Below are positions 15,862 to 26,493 of a stretch of 64,000 bases of DNA, piece after piece. Position numbers and translations under genes: made by a program. Source of the stretch: Escherichia coli O127:H6 str. E2348/69 (GTDB taxonomy: Bacteria > Pseudomonadota > Gammaproteobacteria > Enterobacterales > Enterobacteriaceae). The stretch lies in NCBI RefSeq assembly GCF_000026545.1, contig NC_011601.1. One strand, written 5' to 3'. Under the pieces are notes generated by a model. It did not search any database, was not told the DNA's origin, and worked only from the letters and a program-made list of their open reading frames with translations. Position 1 is the first letter of the stretch, and each line of letters starts with the position of its first letter.

Positions 15862-16683
15862 ATGCTGTCGCGTCGGGGTCATCGGTTAAGTCGTTTTCGT
15901 AAAAATAAACGCCGCCTGCGCGAGCGTTTGCGTCAGCGTATTTTTTTCAGAGATAAAGTGGTGCCGGAAGCAATGGAAAAACCAAGAGTACTCGTACTGA
16001 CAGGGGCTGGGATTTCTGCGGAATCAGGTATTCGTACCTTTCGCGCCGCAGATGGCCTGTGGGAAGAACATCGGGTTGAAGATGTGGCAACGCCGGAAGG
16101 TTTTGATCGCGATCCTGAACTGGTGCAAACGTTTTATAACGCCCGTCGTCGACAGTTGCAGCAGCCAGAAATTCAGCCTAACGCTGCACATCTTGCGCTG
16201 GCGAAACTGCAAGATGCTCTCGGCGATCGCTTTTTGCTGGTGACGCAGAATATCGACAACCTTCATGAGCGTGCCGGTAACACCAATGTTATTCATATGC
16301 ATGGGGAACTGCTGAAAGTACGTTGTTCGCAAAGTGGCCAGGTCCTCGACTGGACCGGAGACGTTACGCCAGAAGATAAATGCCATTGTTGCCAGTTCCC
16401 GGCACCCTTGCGCCCGCACGTAGTGTGGTTTGGCGAAATGCCACTCGGCATGGATGAAATTTATATGGCGTTGTCGATGGCCGATATTTTCATTGCCATT
16501 GGTACTTCGGGGCATGTTTATCCGGCGGCTGGGTTTGTTCACGAAGCGAAACTGCATGGCGCGCACACCGTGGAACTGAATCTTGAACCGAGTCAGGTTG
16601 GTAATGAATTTGCCGAGAAATATTACGGTCCGGCAAGCCAGGTGGTGCCAGAGTTTGTTGAAAAGTTGCTGAAGGGATTATAA
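15862..16683 (+). CDS. cobB: NAD-dependent protein deacylase CobB (sirtuin), long isoform
   Basis: Sirtuin motifs [14 protein letters not shown], zinc-binding Cys pairs; internal alternative start MEKPRVLVL... Confidence 0.92.
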   Translation: MLSRRGHRLSRFRKNKRRLRERLRQRIFFRDKVVPEAMEKPRVLVLTGAGISAESGIRTFRAADGLWEEHRVEDVATPEGFDRDPELVQTFYNARRRQLQQPEIQPNAAHLALAKLQDALGDRFLLVTQNIDNLHERAGNTNVIHMHGELLKVRCSQSGQVLDWTGDVTPEDKCHCCQFPAPLRPHVVWFGEMPLGMDEIYMALSMADIFIAIGTSGHVYPAAGFVHEAKLHGAHTVELNLEPSQVGNEFAEKYYGPASQVVPEFVEKLLKGL

Positions 16684-16694
16684 AGCGGGAAAAA

Positions 16695-16800
16695 TTGCCT
16701 GATGCGCTACGCTTATCAGGCCTACAAGGGGACGCAATTAATTGAATTTGCGGGTTTTGTGGGCCAGATAAGGCGTTCGCGCCGCATCCGGCATAATAGA
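16695..16800. repeat. REP/BIME element
   Basis: gcctgatgcgctacgcttatcaggcctac and ggcgttcgcgccgcatccggc palindromes downstream of cobB. Confidence 0.7.
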
Positions 16801-16820
16801 CGCACACTTTACTGCCTCTT

Positions 16821-17609
16821 TTACCGTTTACTCGTCAATAACAACGCGGCAATAAACGTACAGACACCAATCAGCCCTGCCCAGAGCGGCGATATTCTGG
16901 TAATTGCAAAGCTATTATCGATATACAGGCATAAAGCCTGATAGCCCATATTGGCAACAGTCATCGCCACTGCAAACTTTAATGCATAATTAAGGCGCGT
17001 CGTGTAGTTAAAAAATGCCGTAAAGACGATGAATGCAACCGCCCAGGCAAAAAGGCCTAATGTCGTGGTACTGCCGGGAGGATCATTCTCCTGCTGTTGT
17101 CCGGGATGCGGATAATATGTCAGTGGCGGCGTCGGTTGTTTTAATATCTGTGCTTGTAAAACAGCCAATGCATTATTGATTCCCTGATACCAGAGATCTA
17201 CATGTAAATAAGCCAGAGTGTGATTTTCTACCAGAAGGCCGAGATGTTTATCGTCCATACTGCTTTCGACCTGGCCGTTGGTTATCATAATTAACCGTGG
17301 CTCGCGGGTAGTAAAGAGTAACAGAACACTTCCTTTTACATTACTCATTGAAGATGCCGCATGCGCCAGCATCGCTTTGCCATTTTGCCTGAGACTGGCT
17401 TCATTATTAATGTCGGGTAAAACCACAATAAACGGTACAACTCCGGTTTGTTGGCGAAAAAGTTCGGCTTTATGCGCGATCTCTTCAGCATCTGGTACAG
17501 TACCGGTAACATCTGTAAAAAGAGTCTTCATTATTGGAATTAAGGGCTTACTGATTGCCGTCAGAGGCAGGAACATCAGTAAACTGAGCAGTATCATGAT
17601 TTTTTTCAT
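16821..17609 (-). CDS. ycfZ: Inner membrane protein YcfZ
   Basis: 262-aa ORF with signal/TM segments; synteny. Confidence 0.85.
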   Translation of the reverse strand: MKKIMILLSLLMFLPLTAISKPLIPIMKTLFTDVTGTVPDAEEIAHKAELFRQQTGVVPFIVVLPDINNEASLRQNGKAMLAHAASSMSNVKGSVLLLFTTREPRLIMITNGQVESSMDDKHLGLLVENHTLAYLHVDLWYQGINNALAVLQAQILKQPTPPLTYYPHPGQQQENDPPGSTTTLGLFAWAVAFIVFTAFFNYTTRLNYALKFAVAMTVANMGYQALCLYIDNSFAITRISPLWAGLIGVCTFIAALLLTSKR

Positions 17610-18076
17610 GGGCGGGACTTCCGTTTCCTGCGTGTCTTTTTAGAGGAGGGCATACTGATTAATAAACCGACGGCGATAAAAATAACGCCCATAATGCCGA
17701 TAAACCCCCATTTAAAAAAATTAACCCACAGGTTATTTATCTCAGCCTTTTCAGGATGTCCTGGAGAATAATAAACATTAACTTTATCGCCTTCGCTGTC
17801 TTCATAAAAATCGCTGCCAATACTCGAATTGAAAATTAGCGTGTAATCTGGCGTCGGACGAAAGGCAACGACGGGATACCACGAACCATTTTTACCCGTA
17901 CGATGAGAATGACTGGAGTGCCAGACGGTATCAACAATGACGCCTTCAGTATGAATCGCGTCTTTGCTATAGGTGAACTGGTTATAAAAGATAACAACAG
18001 AAATGAGGATCAGTACCAGACCGATACCGAAGAATATACGAAAGAAAACTCTACTGTCCTGGCTCATTAGCCACAT
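17606..18076 (-). CDS. ymfA: Inner membrane protein YmfA
   Basis: [31 protein letters not shown]...; stop overlaps ycfZ start. Confidence 0.85.
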   Translation of the reverse strand: MWLMSQDSRVFFRIFFGIGLVLILISVVIFYNQFTYSKDAIHTEGVIVDTVWHSSHSHRTGKNGSWYPVVAFRPTPDYTLIFNSSIGSDFYEDSEGDKVNVYYSPGHPEKAEINNLWVNFFKWGFIGIMGVIFIAVGLLISMPSSKKTRRKRKSRP

Positions 18077-18084
18077 CCTTGCTA

Positions 18085-18116
18085 AATAAAAAACGGGCGG
18101 TAATACCACCGCCCGC
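18085..18116 (-). terminator. Rho-independent terminator downstream of potD
   Basis: On minus strand gcgggcggtggtattaccgcccg followed by a T-run. Confidence 0.8.
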
Positions 18117-18124
18117 TTGCTGAA

Positions 18125-19171
18125 TTAACGTCCTGCTTTCAGCTTCTGATAATACTCTTCATAAATGCTGCTGGCGGAGCCTACGTCATTTTGCCATTCA
18201 CCATTTTTAATGGTTTCAGCATCCGGGTAGAGCGTTTTATCGTTCGCCACTTCCGGACTTAACAGCTTACGCGCCGCAAGGTTTGGCGTTGGATAACCGA
18301 TAGTTTCAGCAACCTGTTTTGCCACATCCGGGCGCAGCAGGAAGTTGATCAATTTCAGCGCGCCTTCTTTGTTTTTGGCATTTGCCGGGATCGCCAGGCT
18401 GTCCATCCAGAAAATGCCGCCTTCTTTCGGCCACACCACATCAATTGGCGTACCCGCCTGGCGTGCAACGAAAGCAGAACCGTTCCAGATCATGCCGAGG
18501 TTAACTTCGCCTTCCATATACGGGTTCGCCGGGTTATCGGAGTTAAACGCCGCGACGTTTGGCATCAGCTTTTTCAGCTCGTTGTATGCAGCTTCAATCT
18601 CTTTCGGATCGGTGGTGTTACCGGAGTAGCCCAGCTTACGCAGCGCCATCTGGAACACTTCACGGGCATCGTCGGTCAGCAGCAGGCTGCCTTTGTACTC
18701 AGGTTTCCACAGATCGGCCCAGCTGGTGACAGATTTCGGATCCACCGCATCACCGTTAACGCCAATCGCCGTTGCACCCCAGATATACGGAATGGAATAG
18801 TCGTTATTCGGGTCAAACGGCTTGTTGAGCATGTCTGGATCGAGGTTGCTGAAATTGCTTAACTTCGACTTGTCGATCTTCTGGATCATCCCTTCTTTAC
18901 GCATTTTATCGACGTAATAGGTTGAAGGAACCACCAGGTCATAGGCACCGTCTTTGTACGTTTTCAGCTTCGCGTACATGGTTTCGTTCGACTCGTAAGT
19001 CGAATAGATAACCTTAATACCGGTTTCTTTGGTGAACTGTTCAAGCAGTCCTGGCGGCACGTACTCGGTCCAGTTGTAGAAATACAGCGTGTTGTTGTCA
19101 TCGGCGTGAGCGGCGCTCATGCCCAGTGCCAGAGCACCCGCCGCGAGCAGGTGGCGTGACCATTTTTTCAT
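18125..19171 (-). CDS. potD: Spermidine/putrescine ABC transporter periplasmic binding protein PotD
   Basis: 348 aa with signal peptide MKKWSRHLLAAGALALGMSAAHA; synteny. Confidence 0.95.
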   Translation of the reverse strand: MKKWSRHLLAAGALALGMSAAHADDNNTLYFYNWTEYVPPGLLEQFTKETGIKVIYSTYESNETMYAKLKTYKDGAYDLVVPSTYYVDKMRKEGMIQKIDKSKLSNFSNLDPDMLNKPFDPNNDYSIPYIWGATAIGVNGDAVDPKSVTSWADLWKPEYKGSLLLTDDAREVFQMALRKLGYSGNTTDPKEIEAAYNELKKLMPNVAAFNSDNPANPYMEGEVNLGMIWNGSAFVARQAGTPIDVVWPKEGGIFWMDSLAIPANAKNKEGALKLINFLLRPDVAKQVAETIGYPTPNLAARKLLSPEVANDKTLYPDAETIKNGEWQNDVGSASSIYEEYYQKLKAGR

Positions 19172-19962
19172 TTAACGTCCCCTGTGTTACCTTTCGTTTT
19201 ATCACGAGCAATAAGCTGGCTGGCAATAACCATCACCAGCGACAGCACCAGTAATATGGTTGCCAGCGCGTTAACTTCCGGCGATACGCCGACTTTGACC
19301 ATCGAATAAATTTTTAACGGCAGAATTTCATAACTCGGCCCGGTGACAAACGAAGAAACCACCACGTCGTCCATCGACAGGGTAAAGCTTAACACCCAGC
19401 CCGCCGCTACCGCTGGCATTGCCAGAGGCAGAATGATTTTTCGCAGAATGGTAAATTCGCTGGCACCGAGATCTTTCGCCGCTTCCAGCATTCGCACGTC
19501 AAAACCTTTCAGGCGCGAATACACTGTCACCACCACAAATGGCAGGCAGAAGGTGATATGCGAGAACAGCAGCGACCAGAAGCCAAGCTGAATACCCAGC
19601 AGCATAAACAGCACCAGCAGCGAAATCGCCATCACGATATCTGGTGACATCATCACCACAAACAGCATTCCGCTAACGAACGGCTTACCACGAAAGCGAT
19701 AACGGTACAGCGCAACTGCCGTCAGTGAACCGATAAGCGTAGCAAACGTCGCCGAAAACACCGCCATTGTTAGTGAATGCTGCGCTGCCTGTAACAGGCT
19801 GTCGTTGTTCATCAGCAGGCTATACCATTTGGTGGTAAAACCCTGCCAGTTGATGCCAAAGCGCGAGCTGTTAAAGGAGTTCACAATCAAAATAATGATT
19901 GGGATATACAGGTACGCGTAGATAGCGGTCATAAAACCGCCGCGAAGCAGTCGACCGATCAT
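19168..19962 (-). CDS. potC: Spermidine/putrescine ABC transporter permease PotC
   Basis: 264 aa MIGRLLRGGFMTAIYAYLYIPIIILIVNSF... Confidence 0.95.
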   Translation of the reverse strand: MIGRLLRGGFMTAIYAYLYIPIIILIVNSFNSSRFGINWQGFTTKWYSLLMNNDSLLQAAQHSLTMAVFSATFATLIGSLTAVALYRYRFRGKPFVSGMLFVVMMSPDIVMAISLLVLFMLLGIQLGFWSLLFSHITFCLPFVVVTVYSRLKGFDVRMLEAAKDLGASEFTILRKIILPLAMPAVAAGWVLSFTLSMDDVVVSSFVTGPSYEILPLKIYSMVKVGVSPEVNALATILLVLSLVMVIASQLIARDKTKGNTGDVK

Positions 19963-19969
19963 TCGAGTT

Positions 19970-19983
19970 CCACCTTCTTATTC
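19970..19983. repeat. attL core: 14-bp direct repeat CACCTTCTTATTCA (prophage left junction)
   Basis: Identical 14-mer recurs at 60768-60781; bacterial potB-3'-end-like sequence (…aag aag gtg gaa ctc gaa tga = NKKVELE*) lies on the potC side. Confidence 0.75.
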
Positions 19984-20128
19984 ATAAGGCGGGACACTTT
20001 CAGGATTTTGAATTTATTCAATTTTTTCCTTTCTCCAAAATCTCTCCAAAACGTTTCCCCAAAACTAGGCCACGCATTTTACAACACTTTTTTCCTGAGA
20101 TGGTGACGGATATTCCATATGGTGTTTA

Positions 20129-21247
20129 TCAAATAACCAACTTAACCCATTCCTGACCTCGAGTATCGTTATAGCGATCGGTGGTTGCCTGGACTTTATG
20201 TCCTAGTAATGTTTTTGTATCAATACCCTGTGCACGGTACAGCCGTTCTGATAGAGAGCGTTGTTCATGAAATGTTGGCGGAGTTTTTCCTGCTGGTGGA
20301 ATTATCCCAGCCAGATCCCGTGCTTTGGCAAAGTAGTCGCTCAGGTTGTCTTTACTCATCGGCTTCGGTTGTTTCTGGTGCCGACTATGGATTAGATATG
20401 GACTTAATATTCTGTCTCGGCACCCATCAATAACTTCTTTTAACGTTATCCCAATGGCATCACAGCGTAGTGTAAGCGGTAACGCCAGACGCATTCCGGT
20501 TTTTCCCTGGGTGATATGCAAGTGTTCGTTCCACACATCTGAAAAACGCATGTGGCAAATGTCATCACGGCGCTGACCAGTAACAATCGCAAGAAGCATT
20601 GCGTTACGGATAAAGTGTTTTTCAGGCGTTGCATTGTAAATTTTTTGCCAGTCTTCCATGGTGAGCCTGGCTCTGGTTACTTTAGGGATCGGTTTACGGG
20701 TAGCCTCCGGAGGATTCCATCCAGGAGGAACTTCCCCTGCATGCTGTGCTTCTTTATAAATATCAACCCATAATCCACGATTTACTCTCGCTGTGCTGAC
20801 CATGTCTTTATCCAGCCACTCATCCAGTATTAATGCAAAGTCTCTTACTTCCAGTTCTTTCAATGGGTGGTTTCCCAGACGGGAAACCAGGTATGCAGCC
20901 ATTCGGGTTTTTTCTTTGTGAGTTGTAGCTGCAATATCTCCATTTTTCAGTCGCGTGTCCTGTATTTTCAGATATCGATCAACCCATGCCTTTAATCTGA
21001 TACCCTGACGTTTTGTTGCTGACGGACTTTCATCAATTTTGCGCATGAAATATTCAGCTTCTGCTGCAGCTATTCGCTGATTGGCTGTGGAAGCGATTTT
21101 TTCTGCCTTACCTTTGTCTGTTCCGAGTCCGTGAAATTTTCCAGTCACAGGATTTTTATACTGGTAGTAAACTCTGCCAGTTCTGCGATCAAACTTTTCG
21201 TAAAGACCGGCTACGTCAGTGCTGTTTTTTCGTGGCCTCGGTGACAT
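20129..21247 (-). CDS. int: Phage integrase, lambda Int family tyrosine recombinase
   Basis: 372 aa; catalytic region with conserved R...H..R...Y context (…FHEQRSLSERLY…LLGHKVQATTDRYNDTRGQEW) resembling lambda Int. Confidence 0.9.
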   Translation of the reverse strand: MSPRPRKNSTDVAGLYEKFDRRTGRVYYQYKNPVTGKFHGLGTDKGKAEKIASTANQRIAAAEAEYFMRKIDESPSATKRQGIRLKAWVDRYLKIQDTRLKNGDIAATTHKEKTRMAAYLVSRLGNHPLKELEVRDFALILDEWLDKDMVSTARVNRGLWVDIYKEAQHAGEVPPGWNPPEATRKPIPKVTRARLTMEDWQKIYNATPEKHFIRNAMLLAIVTGQRRDDICHMRFSDVWNEHLHITQGKTGMRLALPLTLRCDAIGITLKEVIDGCRDRILSPYLIHSRHQKQPKPMSKDNLSDYFAKARDLAGIIPPAGKTPPTFHEQRSLSERLYRAQGIDTKTLLGHKVQATTDRYNDTRGQEWVKLVI

Positions 21248-21494
21248 GAGTTAAAATCTCCTTCAGTGCATCATCATCGCCAGTATGAATTTCCGGCGCA
21301 ATTCCCGTTTCACCAGGCCCAACAAATACTGCTCGGCGATCTATCAGCCAACGCCCACGAATTTTTTGTGGTCTTGGAACGATGTATCCTAGTTTTCCGT
21401 ATTTCACCAGGGTAGTGTTTGTTATTGGGAGACTGAACCGTTTTGGTTTCCACTCGTCGAGCGTTATCAGGTACTGTTCGCTCATGGCTATCAC
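21216..21494 (-). CDS. xis: Excisionase-like protein
   Basis: Small basic ORF immediately upstream of and overlapping int, typical xis position; start codon uncertain (21494 or 21485). Confidence 0.6.
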   Translation of the reverse strand: MIAMSEQYLITLDEWKPKRFSLPITNTTLVKYGKLGYIVPRPQKIRGRWLIDRRAVFVGPGETGIAPEIHTGDDDALKEILTHVTEATKKQH

Positions 21495-21546
21495 TCCGGA
21501 ACGCGCCAGTTGCAGAATATCAACGACAACTGGCGACGGTTGAACA

Positions 21547-24018
21547 TTAAAAATCAGCCTGATTCGGGATCAGTTTTTGCCAGATAGCTGAAACGTATTT
21601 TGCCTGGTGACGAGCGTCATCAAGTGCATTATGGCGCTCACCTTCGAATGGAATAGCCGTTCTGGCATCGAAGTCTATGGCTTTCCCCAGCTCAACGATT
21701 GTGCGTACATCGCGATCGTTGTAGTAACGCCACGGGCAGGGGATCCCCTGCCGTTCGTATGAACGGCGCAAAATCGTGTTGTCGAAGTTGGCTCCATTTC
21801 CCCAAACCTGAACAAAAAATTCACCGGAGTTTTCGTCGATAAATTCCCGCAATTGTAACAGTGCATCATCTAACGGGATTTCATCGGTCATAATGGCAGA
21901 TTGCGCTTCGCGTGATTGCTTAAGCCACCATTTAATGGTGTCCCGATCAATGACTCCGCCAGCAGTTTCCAGATCGATAGTCTTACTAAATTCCGGTCCC
22001 ATATCTCCGGTTTGCGGATCGAAAAATATTGCACCTATTGAGATGATCGGGGCATCAGGATTTTTTCCCATGGTTTCAAGGTCGATCATTAGATGGTCAC
22101 ACGTCCTGCTGGTGGATGTGATTTCGTGATGACCGTTCACCTTAATTGAGTGATCTGCCGTCTCGCCAGTCTCATTATCGCTATTGTGATGCTGATTGCC
22201 GCCAGTGTTCTCCTTGTGTGGATGCTCAGCGCCTTCCATTTCCTCCGGATCATCTTCCTGAACTTCAACCTGATACTCTTCATCGAATGTTTCCTGGTAT
22301 GTTGCGTCGCCCATCACCGCACCACAATCAGGGCAGTTGCCGCCGCCGGTCTGACCGCAGGCGGTGCAGACTTTTTCCACTTCCTGTTGCACTACTGGTT
22401 CAGGTAGTTTCGTTTCTGGCTCGTTTTGTTGCGTATTTGGGCTGTTTTGTTCCGCTTTCTGGTCGTTCTGTTCCGTTTCTTGCTGGTTCTGGTTCACAGA
22501 ATCGCGGGTTTCAATCCCCTTCACCCATTTCGGATCATTCGGATCGCTAATCCCTGCAACAAATTCACCACGTGATACTGCAAGCAGTTCATCGGCGTCA
22601 GGCTGGCTGATATTGGCTGCCTGCATAATTTTGTTTACTTCGTCAGCGGTAACTTTTACCGGCCCTGGTTGTGCGGTCGTGTCAGATGCACCAGTATTTT
22701 GTTGTGAACCTGAGTATGTACCGTTTTTGCGGGCGAAATATTCTTCTTTCGTGATTTCAGTAGCCCCTGCAGCCAGTGCCTTATCCAGACCAGAAAGTTT
22801 GTTTGCGCGACCGTATTTTTCGCTATCCTTGTCGGTGAAGAGGAAGTAGAACGGCCCTTCACGCTCTACAGATGGTTCGACTTCCACTTTGCATTCGGTT
22901 TTTTCGTTGTCCGGAATTGCCGTTTCCACTGCATCAGTTTCTGGTACTGGCGACGAGAGAGTATCAGTTGCGCTCTGATTTGTTCCTTCATCTTCAAACA
23001 CGCCCTTTGTAGTCAGGTATTCAGTAATGTATTTGTTCAGTGCCACAGGGTCTTTGTGAATGTCGATCGGACGTTCACGGACAAGGCCAAAAATAGTCTG
23101 GCGGTCGTAGCGAAGGGCATCAGGCTGTTTGCGCATTGATGCCGAGATACGCTTCCAGTCTTCGCGGTAGTTGTCGATAACTTCATTTTTTGCCCAGCGA
23201 TGGATGCTGCCGTCAATGTTTCCGGCATCCACATCACCAGGCCAGAGAGCGTAGGCCAGTTCGTCATCCAGTGTTTTCCATGTCTGCTTGTATTCGCGAT
23301 GAGTGGCAGCAATGACCGGGCTGATTTTTCCTGTTGAATTTTCAGTGTTCTGTTGATTGGCTCTGGCGCGGGCGAGATCAACAACAGACGTGTATTTTCC
23401 GGTTTCCTTGCGTTCACCTTCGCGACGTTTTTTCCAGATGCGCATCTCTGCCTGAATTTCGGGCCATTTGGCACCAGGCTTACATTTATGCTTAACCCAC
23501 CCGATGGCATGCAGCTTAAGCTCCGGATACATGGCGTTAACTTCTGGCATTTTCATCAACGCTTCAACGATATGTCCGTCGAATGTTGCCATGTCTTCCT
23601 GCAACAATTCCTGTGCGCTAATCACCATATCAACGGTGATGTTTTCACATGTGTCGAACTTAACCATGACAGCGTTCTGTACTTCAGGGGCCAGCTTGTC
23701 AAAAGTGACGTTCATCGGATCGGATTCAGTCTCAACCGGGACAAAAGAAGCAGAATCCTCATCCCAGCGGTTTTCCTGCATATATTCAGCATCCCATGAA
23801 TCGAGGGCAGGGCGGGGTATGCCAGGTTTATCCTCGCAGACAATAAATTTATAAGCGCAGTCCTGAGCAGCCGGATAATGTTCCAGGAATTGCCAGTGAA
23901 ATTTTGCTCGAGCACGGCGTTCGTCGCCAGCTTCAATGGCTGTGGCTACAGCCACAGCGCCTTCTTCCCTTGTTGCCAGTTCGTCAGGAATAGCGGCGCA
24001 AATAAAGACTTTACTCAT
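21547..24018 (-). CDS. RecE-like protein with C-terminal DEDDh-type 3'-5' exonuclease domain
   Basis: Segment LLAVSRGEFVAGISDPNDPKWVKGIETRDSVNQNQ resembles RecE (exonuclease VIII) as recalled; acidic linker; C-terminal DLETMG...NGANFD...HNALDDARH DnaQ-like motifs. Confidence 0.7.
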   Translation of the reverse strand: MSKVFICAAIPDELATREEGAVAVATAIEAGDERRARAKFHWQFLEHYPAAQDCAYKFIVCEDKPGIPRPALDSWDAEYMQENRWDEDSASFVPVETESDPMNVTFDKLAPEVQNAVMVKFDTCENITVDMVISAQELLQEDMATFDGHIVEALMKMPEVNAMYPELKLHAIGWVKHKCKPGAKWPEIQAEMRIWKKRREGERKETGKYTSVVDLARARANQQNTENSTGKISPVIAATHREYKQTWKTLDDELAYALWPGDVDAGNIDGSIHRWAKNEVIDNYREDWKRISASMRKQPDALRYDRQTIFGLVRERPIDIHKDPVALNKYITEYLTTKGVFEDEGTNQSATDTLSSPVPETDAVETAIPDNEKTECKVEVEPSVEREGPFYFLFTDKDSEKYGRANKLSGLDKALAAGATEITKEEYFARKNGTYSGSQQNTGASDTTAQPGPVKVTADEVNKIMQAANISQPDADELLAVSRGEFVAGISDPNDPKWVKGIETRDSVNQNQQETEQNDQKAEQNSPNTQQNEPETKLPEPVVQQEVEKVCTACGQTGGGNCPDCGAVMGDATYQETFDEEYQVEVQEDDPEEMEGAEHPHKENTGGNQHHNSDNETGETADHSIKVNGHHEITSTSRTCDHLMIDLETMGKNPDAPIISIGAIFFDPQTGDMGPEFSKTIDLETAGGVIDRDTIKWWLKQSREAQSAIMTDEIPLDDALLQLREFIDENSGEFFVQVWGNGANFDNTILRRSYERQGIPCPWRYYNDRDVRTIVELGKAIDFDARTAIPFEGERHNALDDARHQAKYVSAIWQKLIPNQADF

Positions 24019-25312
24019 TTGTTTTAACCTCATGACAGATTTAAGGATGAACAAATCCCTGCCATTGCTGGCATATAAGAATGAAACCGGATATTTATTA
24101 CGGAACTGTTTTAAAGACCTGCCGGGATTTCGATATTATCCTGGTGAATAACTTTATCGACCGGGTAACAGTTACCGGGAATTTTCTGTTCGGTTGCTGC
24201 AGTCATACACTACTGCATTGTCCTGTGAACACTGACTGCAATATCAACTGGCTCTCCGGAAACAAGAAAAACTGTCAGAACAAGCACAAATGCTGAATTC
24301 ATTGTGCACATCCTTTTGGCATCAGACGTAAACGAGCCAGCATTGAAACAATGCATATTTTATTTAATAGCTCCCGTTCTTGTTTTCTCTTGTTAATGGC
24401 ATCTTCAGTAAATACTGGGTTACTGATAGTGACACCAATTTCAAAACAACCTTCAGACGTATTAACGTTTGGTAATAACGTTTTCATTATCGCGTCCTCA
24501 ACAATGAATTTTGTGATGCAGTGCCTGGTGCCTCCAGGTGACGTTAACCAGTTAACAATTAACGCCGGATACAGAGAATCCACCCATAACACTGTTTTTG
24601 GTTTTAACTGTTCCGCGTGCGCTCAGCCGCATTCACCACATCACAAAATTCACTTTAAAAAGGGCGGCAGAGCAGTCACGGAGTAAAACTGATACCGCCA
24701 AACGTCACCAGAAAATTGATAACAGAGGGCGTTGCAGCGGGGTTGTCACTTAAGCGTATGGTCAACCTGACAACCCGGTGTCCTCAACGGGGGAAGGAAT
24801 AACCCCGCCATACTTACCGCCGCGCCATTTCGCGGATTGCCACAACCGGAAGCGCACGGTCGACGAAAATTTAACGACAGGCTATCTATGAACCAGCTAC
24901 CTCGCCGTGCGCTTTCGCGTTATGGTCTGACTTTTCAGGGAAATATCCTTTCAGTAAACTGTCAGTGCCGGATGCTCACCCGTGTCCGGCGCACGCACTC
25001 CACCTCATCCGTGGAGAACTCCTTAATTACCAACCTTAGCTTCGTTGGTTAGCTATTAACGCGGGTATGTAATCATTCTGGCAATGCTTAATGTCGCTGC
25101 TTTTTCCAGATTAGTGATATCCTGCTCCAGAGCGGACAGATTTTCAGCCTGCTTAGCCCTGGCTTCATTGGCCCATTTCAGATCCTGCGCTGCATTAATT
25201 TTCTGGCGCATCCACTCATAAAGTTCATCATCGGTATAGTCTGGCGCGATGATGACGGGTTCTCGTTTCTGCATACTGATTCCTCGCGGTGCTGTTTCGC
25301 TTATCAGCCGTT

Positions 25313-25682
25313 AGATTTTGCCGAACTGGAAAGTGCCTGTTTAAATTCGCTGAAGCTGAGAGCTTCTTCGCCTTCGGCAAGACCTTCGAAGTATTCTTCG
25401 TAAGCCTTTTCCATGATTGTGTCGAAATCCATATCACCCACCTGAATTTCTTTCCAGCCAGCGACGCGCTCCAGATTCGGTTTTAAACGTTTTGCTTTTG
25501 GTATACGTCATCGCGGTGAACGTACCGTCCTGGTTGGGGAACACGCCACATACCAGAGATTCGCTGTTGCCAAGATCGATAGTATCCATGTTGACCTCAT
25601 TTCCCCTTAACGCCGGGGTAGCGGAACTGTTTGCTGAGAACACCGTGCGGTGTCTTGATGGATCGTAATTTAGTTTTCTCAT
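25313..25682 (-). pseudogene. Phage early-region ORF apparently split by a frameshift
   Basis: Two adjacent minus-strand reading frames (25434-25682 and one ending near 25313) read coherently only if a frameshift occurs near 25490-25510. Confidence 0.4.
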
Positions 25683-25780
25683 GAATATTGATCAAGTGCT
25701 TTTGATGATAAAACTCAATATTTAATGCAAAATAAAGCCAATACATTGAAATGTAAGGCTTTAAAATTTGTGAAGGGGGG

Positions 25781-26188
25781 TTATTGATGTTTGTTACGTT
25801 TGCGAGCTTCTAGTAGCTCGGTGAATAGGCGATTAAAATTCTCAACGCGGGCACGGAGTTCGCTGATTTGTGCTTGCTGCTCTGATTTTGGAAGTGCGCG
25901 ATACAATCGCAACATCTCCAACTCATCTTCCGATAAGTCTAAGGCGCTGTTGAGTGCAACTGGTGGATCTGGTGTTTTATCCTCGTCACCAAACAGTATC
26001 CAAGTTGGTGAACATTGCAATACCTCAGCCAGGCGATGCAAATTTTGCCCGCGCGGGGCTGTATGGTCGCTTTCCCATAGTGAAATTGATGAGCCAGATA
26101 CGCCAGCAGCTTTGCTTAAATCGTTTTGACTTAAACCAACCTGTTTGCGTCTTTCTCTAATTCGTTGACCTAAAGTTTTCTCGTTCAT
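25781..26188 (-). CDS. Prophage repressor, XRE-family HTH (RacR/CI-like), no S24 peptidase domain
   Basis: 135 aa; N-terminal HTH (LGQRIRERRKQVGLSQNDLSKAAGVSGSSISLWE); divergent from the cro-like gene. Confidence 0.8.
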   Translation of the reverse strand: MNEKTLGQRIRERRKQVGLSQNDLSKAAGVSGSSISLWESDHTAPRGQNLHRLAEVLQCSPTWILFGDEDKTPDPPVALNSALDLSEDELEMLRLYRALPKSEQQAQISELRARVENFNRLFTELLEARKRNKHQ

Positions 26189-26209
26189 ATTTAGATATCT
26201 TAATAACCC

Positions 26210-26239
26210 TTGACTTGAGATTCCTTGAGTGATTACTAT
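26210..26239 (+). promoter_or_regulatory. Candidate rightward early promoter/operator region (PR-like)
   Basis: TTGACT (26210-26215), 18-bp spacer, TACTAT (26234-26239); repeated CCTTGA operator-like motifs; RBS ggagg before the ATG at 26266. Confidence 0.4.
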
Positions 26240-26265
26240 TGAGAAAACTCAACTTTGGAGGGGTG

Positions 26266-26493
26266 ATGTTTAAATCAGACGTAATTAATTTTTATGGGAC
26301 GAAAGCCAAAGTAGCGAAAGCTGCTGGTGTTGATCCATCTGCTGTTTCTCAATGGGGGGAACTGGTTCCTGAAGGTCGCGCGATGCGCCTGCAAGAGGCA
26401 TCCGGCGGGGAACTTCAGTACGACCCCAAAGTTTATGACGAATATCGTAAGGCAAAGCGGGCGGGGCGGTTGAACAATGAAAATCACCCCTGA
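26266..26493 (+). CDS. Cro/YdaS-like small DNA-binding protein
   Basis: MFKSDVINFYGTKAKVAKAAGVDPSAVSQWGELVPEG... HTH; first gene rightward of the repressor; the upstream TTG at 26239 lacks an RBS. Confidence 0.7.
   Translation: MFKSDVINFYGTKAKVAKAAGVDPSAVSQWGELVPEGRAMRLQEASGGELQYDPKVYDEYRKAKRAGRLNNENHP

Noticed and set aside
26239-26265. TTG at 26239 as start of the cro-like gene (as in the six-frame track)
   Set aside because: No RBS upstream and it would overlap the inferred -10 element; the ATG at 26266 has a ggagg RBS
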